Of a stretch of DNA of 64,000 nucleotides, positions 61,475 through 64,000 are shown piece by piece. The notes under the pieces are model-generated. The model saw only the letters and a program-made list of their open reading frames with translations. It did no database searches and had not been told where the DNA came from. Numbering within the stretch: the first letter of the stretch is position 1; each line of letters begins with the position of its first letter. The DNA comes from Nemertoderma westbladi (Eukaryota > Animalia > Xenacoelomorpha), in the NCBI GenBank assembly GCA_032718475.1, contig JAUCBJ010006764.1:1-64000 (forward strand), in the 5' to 3' direction. Both the position numbers and the translations under genes were made by a program.

Positions 61475-62245
61475 AGTAGGTACGCAGTTAGTAGGCAGGA
61501 GTTAGTTAAGAGGTACGTAGTACCGATAGTTAGTTAGTTAGTTAGGAGGTACGTAGTACCGCTAGTCAGTTAGTTAGTTAGTTAGGAGGTACGTAGTACC
61601 GCTAGTCAGTTAGAGAGTTAGTTAGAGGGTACGTAGTACTGCTAGTCAGTTAGAGAGTTAGTTAGAGGGTACGTAGTACCGCTAGTTAGTTAGAGAGTTA
61701 GAGGGTACGTAAGTACCGCTAGTTAGTTAGAGTTAGAGGGTACATAGTACCGCTAGTTAGTTAGAGAGTTAGAGGGTACGTAAGTACCGCTAGTTAGTTA
61801 GAGTTAGAGGGTACGTAGTACCGCTAGTTAGTTAGAGAGTTAGAGGGTACGTAAGTACCGTTAGTTAGAGGAGAGTTAGAGGGTACGTAGTACCGTTAGT
61901 TTGAGAAGAGTTAGAGTTAGAGGGTACGTAGTACCGTTAGTTAGAGAAGAGTTAGAGGGTACGTAGTACCGTTAGTTAGAGAAGAGTTAGGAGGTACGTA
62001 GTACCGTTAGTTAGAGAAGAGTTAGAGGGTACGTAGTACCGTTAGTTAGAGAAGAGTTAGGAGGTACGTAGTACCGTTAGTTAGAGAGTTAGAGGGTACG
62101 TAGTACCGTTAGGTAGATAGTTAGAGGGTACATAGTACCGTTAGGTAGAGAGTTAGAGGGTACGTAGTACCGTTAGTTAGAGAGAAAGTAAGAGTTAGAG
62201 GGTACGTAGTACCGTTAGTTAGAGAGAGAGTAAGAGGTAGAAGGG
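61475..62245 (+). repeat. Minisatellite downstream of Pol (~28-37-bp units)
   Basis: GAGTTAGAGGGTACGTAGTACCG(C/T)TAGTTA repeated ~20 times, each with a GGTAC-GTA-GTACC hairpin. Confidence 0.92.
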
Positions 62246-62689
62246 TATATAAGATATAGATATTAGTTAGCAGTTAGTAGCGAGAGGGGGGCATATGAGT
62301 ACAGTTGGATAGATCGTGTAGGCCGCGCGACATATACTGCTGTACTGCACAGGCCCACAGAGTAGGCCAGAATGTGGATTAGGAGATAGAATAATCCATA
62401 GGCAGTAGCAAGTAATAGGAAACAGTGAGGTAGTAGGATTGAAATTAAATCAAAATAAAATTAGAATAAGAATAGGGCTAAGAAGGGGAACAAATTATGG
62501 TAACAGTGGTAAGAATAGGCAATAACTCAGAAATTCAGAAAGAGATAGGCCATCGAACTGAACTTAAACCACCTAAACCCATCACTCATCACGTTTGTGC
62601 CTTGGCAAGGCACCACCTACGGGTGAGCAATCGGGCAGAGTTCGAGATGGCAAGCAAACTTGTGAGAGAGGAGAGAAGCAGAGGAGAGG

Positions 62690-63612
62690 CCAGGTTGGAA
62701 TTCATGCATGAGCGCGCAGGTACGCTTTGTTGTTTTGAAATCACCGCGCACCTGAAATTGGCTCGTCGCGCACCTCATCATATGTCATAATCCAAACAAA
62801 ATCGCGCAGCTCATGTCATGCATATCTCAAAAAATCGCACAGTTCATAAGAACAATTTTACATTCCTATTTTACAAGTTTGAGCGTTTTAAGCTTATCTT
62901 TACGTCTGTCTGTCTGTACGTTGAATCTAGGCTTACATAATAAATGTAATTTTTGCAACATCAAAATTGTTAATATTAAAAAAAAATTTTTTAATCCACT
63001 ACTATGGTGGCCCATCGGGCTCACTGCTTTTATAACAGAAAATATTATTTTAGATTACAAACAAAACATGTACCGGTAATTTCAAAAAACGAATATTGAA
63101 ATAGGTACCAGTCTGCCAATAATACTTTGTATAGGCCTACCTAACAATTAGGCTTAAACATACAGTTGGCTTATAATTAAGTCATACTTATAATACTGTA
63201 ATACATTGTTACTTTCTGACTTTACCTGTTTACTACAGTACTAACGTAACATCGGCATAGCATAGACCTAATAACAATACAACAATAGAGTAGGCCTACT
63301 GTAGTTAAAATAAATAGACAAATTCAGCTCCGGTTGCCGGTATTACAGTATTATGGTGAAGTGATTTGACTGTTTGAAGAATTGGAAATGAGAAACTAAT
63401 GCGAGCGAAGCGAGCGAAATTTTTTTGTGTATTTTCGTGATTTCAATTAATTTGTGGTGCGCATCAGAGGCAGAGCTGCGCGCTGAGGCGCAACGCGCAC
63501 CTGTCTCACACCCGAACGCGCACCTGTCTCACCCAAACGCGCAACGCGCATCTGGTTTGCGGTCATTCGCGCAGGTACGCGTCCGAGTTTTGCAGCATGA
63601 ATTCCAACCTGG
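62690..63612. mobile_element. Non-autonomous TIR transposon with 8-bp TSD (hAT/P-like)
   Basis: Perfect 18-bp TIR CCAGGTTGGAATTCATGC / GCATGAATTCCAACCTGG; TSD AGGAGAGG (62682-62689, 63613-63620); subterminal CGCGCACCT motifs; no transposase ORF. Confidence 0.9.
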
Positions 63613-64000
63613 AGGAGAGGGAGGAGGATGCTAGGGCGCAGAGCTACGGCTTCGAGGAATAAGCAGCCTTAGACGAACTTCGTTGGGCTTCGTCAGGGAG
63701 TTCGGGGGAGTCTCTAGGGAAAGAACTGGGGTGGACGGTGGGATCACCGAAACAGTCGACGTCGGGATTGCAAGCGATGCCCATACCAGCGGGCGCCGAG
63801 GGCGAACAACCGCAAAGGAAGTTAAGGGAGCTAGAGGGATGGAGAGCTACGGGCGAGAGCCAAGGCGGGAAGGGACATAGTGGGTCCACCGGGATACCGG
63901 GGTTGGGACCACTGCGAGAGGAGGACGAGGACGACGACGAGTTCGGAGAGATGCCGCCCATCGAGAGGATAGGCCACTCGGACACGGACTGGGTTGGCGG

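Larger units (their letters stand above)
52136..62292 (+). mobile_element. BEL/Pao LTR retrotransposon (3' LTR not seen; may extend beyond the window)
   Basis: Putative LTR, then long Gag and intact Pol, then a 3' minisatellite. Confidence 0.88.

Noticed and set aside
63003-63014. TATGGTGGCCCA resembling an IS3EU terminus
   Set aside because: No GGACA motif, hairpin array, partner end or transposase nearby.

Overview
This is an AT-rich eukaryotic (invertebrate-like) window made almost entirely of nested transposable elements. The only convincing host genes are two intronless rhodopsin-class 7TM receptor paralogs (16519-17706 and 32851-34011, both minus). The most striking feature is a cleanly bounded IS3EU-type DNA transposon (2449-8111, TAC...GTA ends, GTTTGA target-site duplication (TSD), hairpin-array inverted ends). 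It carries a DDE transposase and a convergent zinc-ribbon/HECT ubiquitin-ligase-like cargo gene, into which an RTE LINE inserted in frame. Remnants of two more IS3EU-like families are present. Other notable features: a ~190-bp non-coding repeat present twice, each copy with a minimal type-I hammerhead ribozyme; a CRE-like LINE with an apparently linked Ulp1 SUMO-protease domain; a full Gypsy element apparently nested in a BEL/Pao remnant; a BEL/Pao element with a very long low-complexity Gag extension; a Penelope remnant; two tRNA-SINEs; MITEs; and a 3.1-kb 32-bp satellite with higher-order structure. All calls come from reading the sequence by eye, with no database searches, and boundaries of degraded elements are approximate.
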